49,103 nucleotides of DNA, taken from positions 1 to 49,103 of IMG/VR virus record IMGVR_UViG_3300033076_000324; one strand, written 5' to 3'. Shown here piece after piece: positions 1 to 8,963 of this stretch. This DNA is from a virus. Its lineage: Duplodnaviria; Caudoviricetes. The first letter of the stretch is position 1; every line of letters begins with the position of its first letter. Both the position numbers and the translations under genes were made by a program. Under the pieces are notes generated by a model. That model was not told where the DNA came from. It made no database searches and saw nothing but the letters and a program-made list of their open reading frames with translations.

Positions 1-677
1 GCTCGGTCAACCTCTGCAAAGTGTTCTTCCGTTTCAACAACAAACTTCAAATACGTTGTGCCAACTTCTTGATAGCTAGCAACAATGTCAGGACAAATTG
101 CTTCTTCCCACTTCTCACCACTTGCACTTAACTTGGCGCTTACACTAAATGTAAGGTCACGATTCCAGTCATTCCATTCTGTTAAGTATTCTTTGAATTT
201 GGGTTGCAGTTTTTGTGTACCGTTTGTTTCAAACGTGATGTTCTTTAAATCTGCCATATCTGGATGACTTAACATTTCTTCGTATGCACGTTGCCAACCC
301 AACAATGGCTCGCCACCAGTGATAACCAAATGCACATCGTTGCCGTTGTCTTGCATCCAATGACGATTAGGTGTAAGTGCAAGCATTTGCTCCACTAGAG
401 TCCCTGTCTCCACAGTCGGGCTGAGATCTTTAAATGCAGGATGCCATGAGGCGTAGGAGTCACAACCAGTATTAACCAACGGGAGCTCAGTAAAGCTCTT
501 ATACAAAGAGACATTCTTCGCCACTTCGTCAGCTTCCGTTGATTTTTCGCCCGGCTTGCAGCCAAAGCCTGCACATGTAAAATTACATCCGAATGTGCGT
601 AAGAACACTGAAGGAACGCCGACAAAACGGCCTTCGCCTTGAGCAGAGTAAAAGAGTTCACTGATTTTAAGTTTCAT
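1..677 (-). CDS. queE: 7-carboxy-7-deazaguanine synthase QueE (radical SAM); 3' end runs off the window
   Basis: Not in the ORF track; translated by hand from ATG at 677: MKLKISELFYSAQGEGRFVGVPSVFLRTFGCNFTC...GCDSYASW...HLVITGGEPLL...ITFETNGT...FSVSAKL...LKFVV. These are the QueE/NrdG motifs QGEG, TGGEP and ETNGT. Confidence 0.93.
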   Translation of the reverse strand, partial: MKLKISELFYSAQGEGRFVGVPSVFLRTFGCNFTCAGFGCKPGEKSTEADEVAKNVSLYKSFTELPLVNTGCDSYASWHPAFKDLSPTVETGTLVEQMLALTPNRHWMQDNGNDVHLVITGGEPLLGWQRAYEEMLSHPDMADLKNITFETNGTQKLQPKFKEYLTEWNDWNRDLTFSVSAKLSASGEKWEEAICPDIVASYQEVGTTYLKFVVETEEHFAEVDR

Positions 678-681
678 AGTG

Positions 682-724
682 TATTTAGACAAGATATTTT
701 ATATGCTATTATAATGGTTAAATA
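682..724. promoter_or_regulatory. Back-to-back TAAATA (T4 late-like) promoter motifs for queE (-) and the 731 gene (+)
   Basis: TAAATA on - at 682-687 lies 4 nt before the queE ATG. TAAATA on + at 719-724 lies 6 nt before ATG 731. There is also TAGACA-18-TATAAT (686-715) on +. Confidence 0.5.
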
Positions 725-730
725 GACTTT

Positions 731-1426
731 ATGCAACCATTAAACTTACCAAAACGTATTGATAAACCTGGATTCATGTTGGCCGCCGACTCGATTTACT
801 TTAACAAATGGACAAAGTATTTGTTCTTTAGTATAAAGAAGCATGCTCCTTGGGCACATGTTCATTTTCATGTTTTTGATCCAACAGCGGAAGATGTATC
901 GTGGTTGTCAACAGCAGATTGTAGTTATACATCAGAAACAACTCCAATCGAATATTGCCAGTCACACCAGGATCGAGTTGTGTATTGGTGCGCTGCAAGA
1001 TATATACGAACCACTGAAATATACACTGATTCTACTCCTGTAATTAACTTAGACGCCGACAGCATTATGGTGCAAGATTTACCAAAAGAACAGTTCCTTA
1101 AAGATCTTGAACACAGTTGGGTTCCTGTTGCACCTAAACGAGAAACTCGTAGTTTGTGCAGTGCCTTGGGACTTGGAACGGACAACGGTAGATATCATGT
1201 AAGGCAAGTGTTGTATGATGTATACATTAACTCAAGACTATCCTGGGCACTAGACCAACGACTATGCGATCAACTATTGGATGAAAATAAACTGCAACCA
1301 ATGGACCTACGTTACACAGATTTTAAAATGAAAGAAACATCATACATCTGGACTGGCAAGGGCGACAGAGTTGATAAGTCTAGTTTTCAAAATGCCTTGC
1401 GTTCTTACCGACATTTAGTATTGTAA
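731..1426 (+). CDS. Putative GT-A-type nucleotide-sugar transferase
   Basis: 231 aa ORF with a DxD motif after a hydrophobic strand (VINLDADSIM), WALDQ and IWTGKG. It is the only plus-strand gene and sits in a sugar-pathway context. Confidence 0.55.
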   Translation: MQPLNLPKRIDKPGFMLAADSIYFNKWTKYLFFSIKKHAPWAHVHFHVFDPTAEDVSWLSTADCSYTSETTPIEYCQSHQDRVVYWCAARYIRTTEIYTDSTPVINLDADSIMVQDLPKEQFLKDLEHSWVPVAPKRETRSLCSALGLGTDNGRYHVRQVLYDVYINSRLSWALDQRLCDQLLDENKLQPMDLRYTDFKMKETSYIWTGKGDRVDKSSFQNALRSYRHLVL

Positions 1427-2212
1427 CAACGATTGTTCTAAACCAAGCAACGGTAATTTGTATTTTTCTAGTGTATCTCCGTTGCCGGTGTAACTGTTAC
1501 CTTGACCGGTGACACGAATCAAAGACGCATCTAGGTTATGTGTTTCACAATAAATTTTTAAAATCTCACTGAGCTGGTATTTTTGTTTATACACACAGTT
1601 GACATTATTATCAGTAATAGTTCTATCGATTACAGCGTTGACAATTGTTGCAAAGTCAACTGCACTAATCATGTCAAACGGTTTGTCGCCAATGCTAAAT
1701 GTATTGCCTGCAGATATTGTGCTGTGAAACTTTTTAAGTAATCTACGATCTTCTTCGGAATTATCAAAGCATCCAAACAGACGCAAGGTAGTGCATCCAG
1801 TCTGGGTACTTAGATATCGAGATATAAAGTTTTTACTCAACCCATAACTTTGTGTTGGGGCACAGTTAAAAATATCAGCTTCGTGCGCATTGTCGATTGG
1901 CCGACTGACATCAAATTCAGCACCGGTGCCAATATTAATTAATTGTCCAAAGTTATTTCGATATGTGATTAAATTAATGATCGATGCTAGATTACTTGAA
2001 AGAATTGCATTATCTTCTATCAGCGGTGTATTGCGACCAGCTGCGCCACAATGAACTACCACATCGTATACATTTTTATCAAAGTGATTTTTAACTGCAT
2101 TTAAGTCAGCAAGGTCGAGCTGCTGACGTGTCAATGCTGTGATATTGTGTGGTAGATGACGGGCAAGATACGAACCGAGGAATCCCCCGGCTCCTGTGAT
2201 CAGTATTTTCAA
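1415..2212 (-). CDS. NAD(P)-dependent epimerase/reductase (extended SDR)
   Basis: ITGAGGFLG Rossmann motif and catalytic YGLSK (YxxxK). Confidence 0.88.
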   Translation of the reverse strand: MKILITGAGGFLGSYLARHLPHNITALTRQQLDLADLNAVKNHFDKNVYDVVVHCGAAGRNTPLIEDNAILSSNLASIINLITYRNNFGQLINIGTGAEFDVSRPIDNAHEADIFNCAPTQSYGLSKNFISRYLSTQTGCTTLRLFGCFDNSEEDRRLLKKFHSTISAGNTFSIGDKPFDMISAVDFATIVNAVIDRTITDNNVNCVYKQKYQLSEILKIYCETHNLDASLIRVTGQGNSYTGNGDTLEKYKLPLLGLEQSLLQY

Positions 2213-3969
2213 CGGATTCTTTCGTAGGTATAGTGCGGGTTATCGGCAGCAAATTCTTCGTCGCTGACTAATGGACTTTGGTCATTGATAGGGCGACCTT
2301 TTTCTAACTTAGGCTCAATTTGCACGCCTGGGTGAATCTTGATTTCAATAATTCTGCGGCCTGGGGCAAGTAATTCAGCAGTGATCTGGTCCAATGATGT
2401 AACCAGTTTGTAATCAAAGTCAAATGCTTCCGCAATCTTCTTGAAGTTAGGGCGACCGGGACCGTTTTCTGTAGCTGCGTGACGCCCATCCATATAAGCA
2501 TCTTGGAACTGACAAATCATGCCTAGTCGCTGATTGTTGAACACAACAACTTTGATATCAAGATCATATTCTTTGACTGTTTGTAGTTCTTGCAAGTTCA
2601 TTTGAATTCCGCCGTCGCCATTGGAACAAATGTGTTGCCGCTCTGGTGCTACCAACGCTGCACCAATAGATGCAGGCAGTGCATATCCCATAGCATAGTG
2701 TCCGGAACTGGTCATTAACAGTTGATCTTGATTGCGATAGAATGTTTGATACACCCAGCAGTGGTTAGCTCCTGCGTCAGTTGTGATAACAGCATTAGGC
2801 TCTGCTACTTGTTGTAATTTTTCAACAACAAGATATGGACTCATTGTATCGTATTGCTTGCTGTTTGAACTTGTGTCTTTGTTAAAATATTTGGCTTTTA
2901 GACTTTGACAGTATTTGCTCCAGTCGGGATCAAACTTGGGCTTCTCGACACCACGCAGGGCTTTGGCAAGATTACGCAAATCAAAATGCAAACCAACATA
3001 GTTCGTGGGATCTAGTTTTTCTAGTTCTGCAGGATCCAAGTCTACACATAAAATTTTAGCGTTGGGTGCAAAGTTTGCAGGATTGCCCGAACGTTGGCGG
3101 TTGTCTAGTCGTGAGCCCAACACCAGTATTTTGTCTGCGTTTTGAATTGCGTTGTTACCGCCACGATTACCATACACACCAAAGTGACCAATGTAGTTAG
3201 GTGCTTCGTGGTTAAAGTAATTGAGAGCAGCCCAGGTAGCAACAAAAGGAATTCGGTTAGAACTTAACCAACGCTCAAGTTCAACTTGTTGTCCAGCAAG
3301 TCCAACACCGGCTCCAAACACAATCAGTGGACGTTGTGCAGAACCCAGGAATTGTTGAATTATCTTGCCTACTTGTTCTGGGCTTACACCAGTATCAACT
3401 GCTGACCAAGTGCTAGGATCAGGCAATAACATTGTGCTATCTTCCATCTCAGCGTTTTGCAAGTTCATAGGAATGTCAATCAACACAGGACCCATGCGAC
3501 CCGAGTATGCTTCTTCTACGCAACGCTTTAGTTCTTTTCGCATGTCGTCGTGCGTGGTCACGTTGACAGCATATTTGCAAACAGGCTTGACCATGCTAAC
3601 AATATCCATTTGTTGGAAACCTGCTTGTCGCACTGCTGCGCCGCGATATAGCTTCTGTTCTTCGTAGTTAACTTGCCCAGTAATATGCAAGCTAGGAATT
3701 GAGTCGTAATAACCACAAGCAATACCTGTGATCAAGTTTGATGCACCAGGACCTGATGTTGCCATTGACACGCCTAACTGTCCATTAGTGCGCCACAGTG
3801 CATCTGCTGCCATTGCAGCGGCTTGTTCGTGTTGGAAGCAGATAACCTCCATGCCCTCTTCTAGTGCAATTTGATCAACTAAGAATGTAATTGCACCACC
3901 TTGAACTTGGAATACCTTGTTGGCACCAATGGCCTTTAAAAATTTTGCTACGTATTGACTACCTTTCAT
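2209..3969 (-). CDS. Thiamine-pyrophosphate-dependent enzyme of the acetolactate synthase family (YerE-like by context)
   Basis: HEQAAAMAADA, TSGPGASN, ITGQV, GPVLIDIP and the TPP motif GDGGIQMN...FNN. Confidence 0.88.
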   Translation of the reverse strand: MKGSQYVAKFLKAIGANKVFQVQGGAITFLVDQIALEEGMEVICFQHEQAAAMAADALWRTNGQLGVSMATSGPGASNLITGIACGYYDSIPSLHITGQVNYEEQKLYRGAAVRQAGFQQMDIVSMVKPVCKYAVNVTTHDDMRKELKRCVEEAYSGRMGPVLIDIPMNLQNAEMEDSTMLLPDPSTWSAVDTGVSPEQVGKIIQQFLGSAQRPLIVFGAGVGLAGQQVELERWLSSNRIPFVATWAALNYFNHEAPNYIGHFGVYGNRGGNNAIQNADKILVLGSRLDNRQRSGNPANFAPNAKILCVDLDPAELEKLDPTNYVGLHFDLRNLAKALRGVEKPKFDPDWSKYCQSLKAKYFNKDTSSNSKQYDTMSPYLVVEKLQQVAEPNAVITTDAGANHCWVYQTFYRNQDQLLMTSSGHYAMGYALPASIGAALVAPERQHICSNGDGGIQMNLQELQTVKEYDLDIKVVVFNNQRLGMICQFQDAYMDGRHAATENGPGRPNFKKIAEAFDFDYKLVTSLDQITAELLAPGRRIIEIKIHPGVQIEPKLEKGRPINDQSPLVSDEEFAADNPHYTYERIR

Positions 3970-3978
3970 GGTATCTCC

Positions 3979-5298
3979 TTATTTGTATAGACTTAAAAAA
4001 CCGCGAACAATTTTGCCGATGTAAGCAATTTGTTCGGGTGTGATCACGGGACTTGTGCCGTGGAAGTAAGTATGTGTCATTGCATGTGTTGCATTTGGAT
4101 AGTTGTCCTTGGCTTGTTGTGGGTCCATTAAATGACTATAAGCAGGCTGCAACATAATGTTACCAGCAAAATAAGGACGAGTCTGGATAAGATTCTCTTC
4201 AAGGTAATCCACAATATCATTCCTAGTAAAGGGAGCATCCCGGCGTATGGTAAGTGGGAACGCAAACCAACTAGGGTCAGACTTTGGTGTTGCTCTTGGC
4301 AAGTGGAAAAATTCTTCATACTCTTTGTAAATGTCAAACAACAGTTGATAGTTACGTCGACGCAATGCGTGAATCTCGGGTAACTTCTTTAACTGCTCCA
4401 AACCCATGGCACATTGAACTTCAATTGGTTTCATATTGTAACCAATTTCGTCGTAAACGTACTTGTGGTCAAATACTTCGTCTGGCAGTGTTGGGATCCA
4501 GTTGCTGAAACGATTACCGCATGTGCCACACTTCAATTTGTTGGCTTCTGGGCCAACACAATAGCAACCACGACCCCATTCACGGAAGCTACGCAAAATA
4601 ACATCTGTGTTGGCATCATTGGTAGCAACATAGCCGCCCTCGCCCATGGTCATGTGATGTGCAGGATAGAATGAGCACGAAGCCATCAATCCAAAGCTGC
4701 CCAACGGAATACCTGCATAAGTCGAACCCAGCGCATCGCAACAATCTTCCAACAAGATTAAATTGTTATCACGAACAATTTTCATTAGACGGTCCATGTC
4801 TGGCGGATTACCCAGCACGTGAGCAAATGTAATAACTTTAACGTCGGGGTTGTCTTTGATTGCTTGTTCAACTTGATCTAAGTCTAAGTTTAGTGTATCG
4901 AGTTCAATGTCAACAAACACAGGTTCAAATCCCACTTGTAGTGTTGGGTTCAGTGTTGTTGGGAAACCAGCAATGGGCATCAATACTTTTGTGCCTTTAG
5001 GTAAGTTGTGACCACGCTTGGATGTCAACGCTGACATCATCAGCAAGTTACTTGAACTTCCAGAGTTAGTTAAAATGCCTTTAGTTTTGTTGAAGTATTT
5101 GGGAAACTCACGTTCAAATTTTAAGCCTGCATCGCCCATAACAAGCCAACCTTTGAGCAAACTTTCTACTGCTGCTACAAATTCTTTTTCGTCAAAATAA
5201 GAACCCGCATAGTTTACAAAGTCTTTGCCTGCGGTCCAAGTTTTTGACTCTTGTTTTTCTTTAATGTGCTCTTGCACTAATTTGAGAATTTGTTCCAT
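3979..5298 (-). CDS. rfbH: NDP-4-keto-6-deoxyglucose 3-dehydrase E1 (RfbH/DdhC-like)
   Basis: DegT fold with NSGSSSNL and EDCCDALG. SFYPAHHMTMGEGG has His in place of the PLP Lys. The Cys cluster GRGCYC...CGTC is followed by DHKYVY. Confidence 0.88.
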   Translation of the reverse strand: MEQILKLVQEHIKEKQESKTWTAGKDFVNYAGSYFDEKEFVAAVESLLKGWLVMGDAGLKFEREFPKYFNKTKGILTNSGSSSNLLMMSALTSKRGHNLPKGTKVLMPIAGFPTTLNPTLQVGFEPVFVDIELDTLNLDLDQVEQAIKDNPDVKVITFAHVLGNPPDMDRLMKIVRDNNLILLEDCCDALGSTYAGIPLGSFGLMASCSFYPAHHMTMGEGGYVATNDANTDVILRSFREWGRGCYCVGPEANKLKCGTCGNRFSNWIPTLPDEVFDHKYVYDEIGYNMKPIEVQCAMGLEQLKKLPEIHALRRRNYQLLFDIYKEYEEFFHLPRATPKSDPSWFAFPLTIRRDAPFTRNDIVDYLEENLIQTRPYFAGNIMLQPAYSHLMDPQQAKDNYPNATHAMTHTYFHGTSPVITPEQIAYIGKIVRGFLSLYK

Positions 5299-6020
5299 TA
5301 GATAATACCTACTTCTTTACTGATAAAATTCATTAGATTGATAACTTGTTGACTGCCACGGCTGGCGTGAAAATGTAAGATATGAGCATCGCGTAGATTA
5401 ATGCCGTTCCACTGATTGTGTGCTTCAATTTCTTCTGGACTCATGGTCCTTAATTGCATAGCTTGATAAGCCAACCAAGGATGCAAACGATCTGACTCCG
5501 GAATGTTTTGTTTCCAAAACATTGTATTGTGACGTATTTGATCAAATCCCCAATGTTGATCAGGATGGCCTTCTCGTTGATTCCACATCTCCTCGCCGAG
5601 GTCCCAGATCTCTTTGCTCATGGTATGAGGATAGTATTGTATATCGTCATTGAAATAATGGGGGAATTCTTTGTAAGATCGAGGATCTGTGTAATTAAAC
5701 AGTCGATATTCCTTGACTTGGTCGCTGAATAACTTAGTAGGCTGAGTCATGATTGTGTCTGCGCCTGCCCAAAAAATATTACAAGGTTCTCGATTCCACA
5801 GCTCTTTGATTGCATTCCAGTTAGCAACAGTATACTCGTCGTTGTTCTTTACAGGCTCTTCCCATAAGATTGCTTCAAACGGCTCTTCTACAAATTTACG
5901 AAAGCTGGCCACACTTAACTCATACATTTGCTTATAAAATGTATACAAGTCTGTTCTTTTTTGATGCAACCATCCGTCTTGGATTGGTCTAACAGCACAT
6001 ACCAGATAATTTTTTACCAT
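5298..6020 (-). CDS. Putative glycosyltransferase-like protein (GT-A/GT8-like)
   Basis: 240 aa with IFWAGADTIM (degenerate DxD), WGFDQ and ILHFHASRG; located inside the sugar cluster. Confidence 0.45.
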   Translation of the reverse strand: MVKNYLVCAVRPIQDGWLHQKRTDLYTFYKQMYELSVASFRKFVEEPFEAILWEEPVKNNDEYTVANWNAIKELWNREPCNIFWAGADTIMTQPTKLFSDQVKEYRLFNYTDPRSYKEFPHYFNDDIQYYPHTMSKEIWDLGEEMWNQREGHPDQHWGFDQIRHNTMFWKQNIPESDRLHPWLAYQAMQLRTMSPEEIEAHNQWNGINLRDAHILHFHASRGSQQVINLMNFISKEVGII

Positions 6021-6976
6021 ACAAAGTTCTCAATATAGTATTTTACGATATCTTCTAGTGCTTTGTCAAAGACTGCTTGCGGTTGCCAACCCAAAGCCTT
6101 GAGTTTTGAATCATCTATTGCATAGCGCACATCTTGTCCGACACGACGGCTATCTGCTACATAATCTTCCCAATTTTCGGCAGCATCTGCTCCTTTGTAA
6201 ATGGTCAAGATCTTTTTAATGACTTCTCTATTTGGCATTTCTGCATTGCCAGAAATATTGTATATTTCGTTAGTAACACCAGATTTGATAATTGTTGCAA
6301 CAGCCCGAGCCGTATCGTCGGCATGCAACCATGTTCTGCGTGGCTCACCTCGATCGTGCAAATCAATTTTTTTACCAAGTGTTAGATACTTGATTGATTT
6401 AGGTATGAGTTTTTCAACATATTGCCCAGCACCGTAGTTGTTTGTAGGTCGAACAATAACATACTTTAGGCCGTATGTTCGAGCCCACGCAGTGATCAAC
6501 ATATCAGCAGCAGCTTTGCTAGCTGAGTAAGGATTACTGGGCTTGAGCAAGTCTGTTTCTTTGTGAGCCCCAACTTCAATGTCACCATACACTTCGTCGG
6601 TTGAGAAATGCAAGAACACTGGTTGTTTGTGGCGCGGCTGCTCTTTGATTAGTTCAAGCAAATGATGCACACCGTTGACATTACTGTGCAAAAACACTCC
6701 ACTGCTCATGATTGAATTATCAACATGTGTTTCTGCGGCCATGTTAATAACGTAATCACAATCATATAGTCTATCTAAGTCGTTGATATCACTTTTGATA
6801 AACTTAAATGTTTTGTATTTCTGGAATTGTTCTAGGAAGTTTTCGTTGCTGGCATAAGTGCATTTATCTACCCCAATGACATACCAACCACGTGCCAGTA
6901 ATTCTCTAGTTACATGAACACCCATAAATCCCAGGCATCCAGTGACATAAACTATTTTCTTAGAGTCAGTGCTCAT
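6014..6976 (-). CDS. rfbB: dTDP-glucose 4,6-dehydratase (RmlB/RfbB type)
   Basis: TGCLGFMG, DKCTYA, AAETHVDNSI, STDEVYG, PYSASKA, NNYG, EKLIP and DVRYAID. Confidence 0.9.
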   Translation of the reverse strand: MSTDSKKIVYVTGCLGFMGVHVTRELLARGWYVIGVDKCTYASNENFLEQFQKYKTFKFIKSDINDLDRLYDCDYVINMAAETHVDNSIMSSGVFLHSNVNGVHHLLELIKEQPRHKQPVFLHFSTDEVYGDIEVGAHKETDLLKPSNPYSASKAAADMLITAWARTYGLKYVIVRPTNNYGAGQYVEKLIPKSIKYLTLGKKIDLHDRGEPRRTWLHADDTARAVATIIKSGVTNEIYNISGNAEMPNREVIKKILTIYKGADAAENWEDYVADSRRVGQDVRYAIDDSKLKALGWQPQAVFDKALEDIVKYYIENFVW

Positions 6977-6977
6977 G

Positions 6978-7793
6978 TTATTTTAAATTGATTTGAAACT
7001 GCTTGCATTGACCATTGGTATCATTTTGTTGCAGTTTAACCCAGGGGTTTTGAGTTCCTGACTTGACATTTTCCCACCATGAAGTATCAAGTCCTTTTGC
7101 CTTCATATATTCTGACAGCTTGTCAGCATCATACATTCTACGCAGGTGCCACGAAGGATGATGAAAATCCCTTGGGTCGTTGGGATTTCCTTCATACATG
7201 ATACGATTTTTATAAGTCTCGTCGTTGTTGTTGCCAGTTAAATCGTTACGATCGTGCGTAACCCAAACAGGAACACGTTCAAAAATATCTAGTAGATATG
7301 CTTGTTGACTTAGCCAAGCATCGTTTAATGAATGAGGACTTAGATAACCCAAGTGATCCATCCACTCTCGTGGAACGATCGGAAATATCGAGTAGGGATG
7401 TTCTTTATGCGTGTAAACTGACAGGCACTTAAACTCACCAGTGTGTTTAGAAATTTGTCTATCCCAACCAGCTGTGTCCATTAATGCATCATCGTTCCAG
7501 AAAAACAACCAGTCTGCATCAGATGCTTGACCCAAGGCATTCACGTATTCATTTAAACGACCATACCCCATGGGCTCAAATACTTGAGCTTCGTAGTCGA
7601 TTTTTTTATCAATGAGCTTGGGTTCAATATGCTCCTGAAAGTATTCAATGCTACTTGTGTCATCTTCGTCAAAACCCAACAAAAGTTGAATTTTGTCAAT
7701 ATCAATGGCTCTGTTAATCAAGCTCATGATGCTGCGATCAAGTGTGTCTGTACGACCTCGTGTCGGTAATAAAATTGCAATGCTGTATTTCAT
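6978..7793 (-). CDS. Glycosyltransferase family 2-like protein
   Basis: N-terminal IAILLPTRGR, LLLGFDEDD and WLFFWNDDALM, a GT2/GT-A pattern. Confidence 0.7.
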   Translation of the reverse strand: MKYSIAILLPTRGRTDTLDRSIMSLINRAIDIDKIQLLLGFDEDDTSSIEYFQEHIEPKLIDKKIDYEAQVFEPMGYGRLNEYVNALGQASDADWLFFWNDDALMDTAGWDRQISKHTGEFKCLSVYTHKEHPYSIFPIVPREWMDHLGYLSPHSLNDAWLSQQAYLLDIFERVPVWVTHDRNDLTGNNNDETYKNRIMYEGNPNDPRDFHHPSWHLRRMYDADKLSEYMKAKGLDTSWWENVKSGTQNPWVKLQQNDTNGQCKQFQINLK

Positions 7794-7817
7794 ATCATTA
7801 TATATGTAGAAAACAAA

Positions 7818-7840
7818 ATGCCCTGTAAAAAACAGGGCAT
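7818..7840 (-). terminator. Rho-independent terminator after queD
   Basis: 9-bp stem ATGCCCTGT/ACAGGGCAT followed on - by TTTGTTTTCT. Confidence 0.7.
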
Positions 7841-7858
7841 GTTAGGATGTTGTAATTT

Positions 7859-8371
7859 TTAATTAAACAAGTCTTCGTTCCATTCACGGTGTCCTTCACG
7901 GAATGCCATGTTGCTTTGTGTTTCGCGAACTTCAACACGATAGCACCACAAACGTTCTGCTTCACCTGGGCCCCACATTTCGGGAATGTAAACGCCATTC
8001 ACATACTTGTACAGCATGTCAGAGAGTGCTTCGCATCCTAGTGCAGGTAACACAACAATCTTGGCCATGTTCTTTTCTTGTAGCATTTTGAATGTTTCCA
8101 TTTCCGGATCATCTTGAGCTACAATCAGCGTATGATCAAATTGATCTTCTAGTGTCTTTTTAAGTTCTTTAAGTCCGCCGTAGTCAGCTGCCCAGTTACG
8201 AACATCTAGATCATTGGTTCCAAAGTAAAACTTCATTGAAAATGCGTAACCGTGAATTAGGTTACAGTGACTATCGGCACGCCACTGGCGGTATGCAACC
8301 GGGAAGGCGTTGTGATATTCTTTTGTGCTTGTATATTTGTATTGTACAGGTGTACGATCGAATGTTGACAT
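7859..8371 (-). CDS. queD: 6-carboxy-5,6,7,8-tetrahydropterin synthase QueD
   Basis: HCNLIHGY (C-x3-HG), DYGGLK, QFDHTLI, GCEALS and VEVRET, matching the T-fold PTPS/QueD family. Confidence 0.88.
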   Translation of the reverse strand: MSTFDRTPVQYKYTSTKEYHNAFPVAYRQWRADSHCNLIHGYAFSMKFYFGTNDLDVRNWAADYGGLKELKKTLEDQFDHTLIVAQDDPEMETFKMLQEKNMAKIVVLPALGCEALSDMLYKYVNGVYIPEMWGPGEAERLWCYRVEVRETQSNMAFREGHREWNEDLFN

Positions 8372-8378
8372 GCTTATT

Positions 8379-8448
8379 CTCCTATGTTAATTTTAGCATA
8401 GGCAGCAGAATTTGTATAGCGGGATGATGCTCTAAAGGCCGCTTAGAG
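8379..8448 (-). promoter_or_regulatory. Structured queD leader with an RBS-occluding hairpin and an embedded sigma70-like promoter
   Basis: Stem CTCTAA/TTAGAG (8430-8448) whose loop GCGG can pair with downstream CCGC. Hairpin CCTATG/CATAGG (8381-8402) overlaps the SD AGGAG. TATACA-17-TAAAAT with a TG extension lies inside it. Confidence 0.5.
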
Positions 8449-8454
8449 AAATAC

Positions 8455-8571
8455 TTATGCTAGTTCTACTAGATGATATTTAGAAGCAGGATAACGTTCC
8501 TGTAACCATTCTAGTAGGCCTTCTTGATAGGGTAACTGAATTTCCCTGGTATTGTTTGATATAACAATCAT
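8455..8571 (-). CDS. Small hypothetical protein (38 aa)
   Basis: MIVISNNTREIQLPYQEGLLEWLQERYPASKYHLVELA*. The ATG overlaps the HIT gene stop (ATGA). Below the ORF-track cutoff. Confidence 0.6.
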   Translation of the reverse strand: MIVISNNTREIQLPYQEGLLEWLQERYPASKYHLVELA

Positions 8572-8963
8572 TTTGGTAATTGGTATCCGCCGCTTTTGTA
8601 GTCTGCTTGTCCATGAATCACCCCTCGAACTCCTCCAGTAGGGTTAGCAGAATCGCCCAGGCGGCGTGGAATCAGATGAACGTGTGGATACATTACAGTT
8701 TGTCCAGCAGCTGAACCCATATTAATACCTACATTGTAAGCATCACACTCTCCTGTTTTGACCAGAAGATTACCGTGCAAAGTTGCAGAATAAAATGCTT
8801 GTTGAATAATATCTAGTGTATTATGTTTAGGTACAAACAGCAAATGACCTCGTGTGACCGGGAACCGATCTCGGAATACCGAAACATGAAAATCACTTAG
8901 CTCAGGTACTATCAAGTCCCAGGGCGCAATACCATCTTTTTGTGCTTGTTCTAAATCAGTCAT
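8568..8963 (-). CDS. HIT family nucleotide hydrolase
   Basis: FPVTRGHLLFVPK, YNVGINMG, AGQTVMYPHVHLIPRR. Confidence 0.9.
   Translation of the reverse strand: MTDLEQAQKDGIAPWDLIVPELSDFHVSVFRDRFPVTRGHLLFVPKHNTLDIIQQAFYSATLHGNLLVKTGECDAYNVGINMGSAAGQTVMYPHVHLIPRRLGDSANPTGGVRGVIHGQADYKSGGYQLPK

Noticed and set aside
395-661. 88-aa minus-strand ORF in the track, and the 85-267 plus-strand ORF
   Set aside because: Both are shadows of queE, which runs from 677 off the left edge in another frame.
2209-3969. Annotation as ilvB/ilvG (branched-chain amino acid synthesis)
   Set aside because: There is no small subunit or other ilv gene, and the gene is embedded between E1 and an SDR, which fits sugar branching better.
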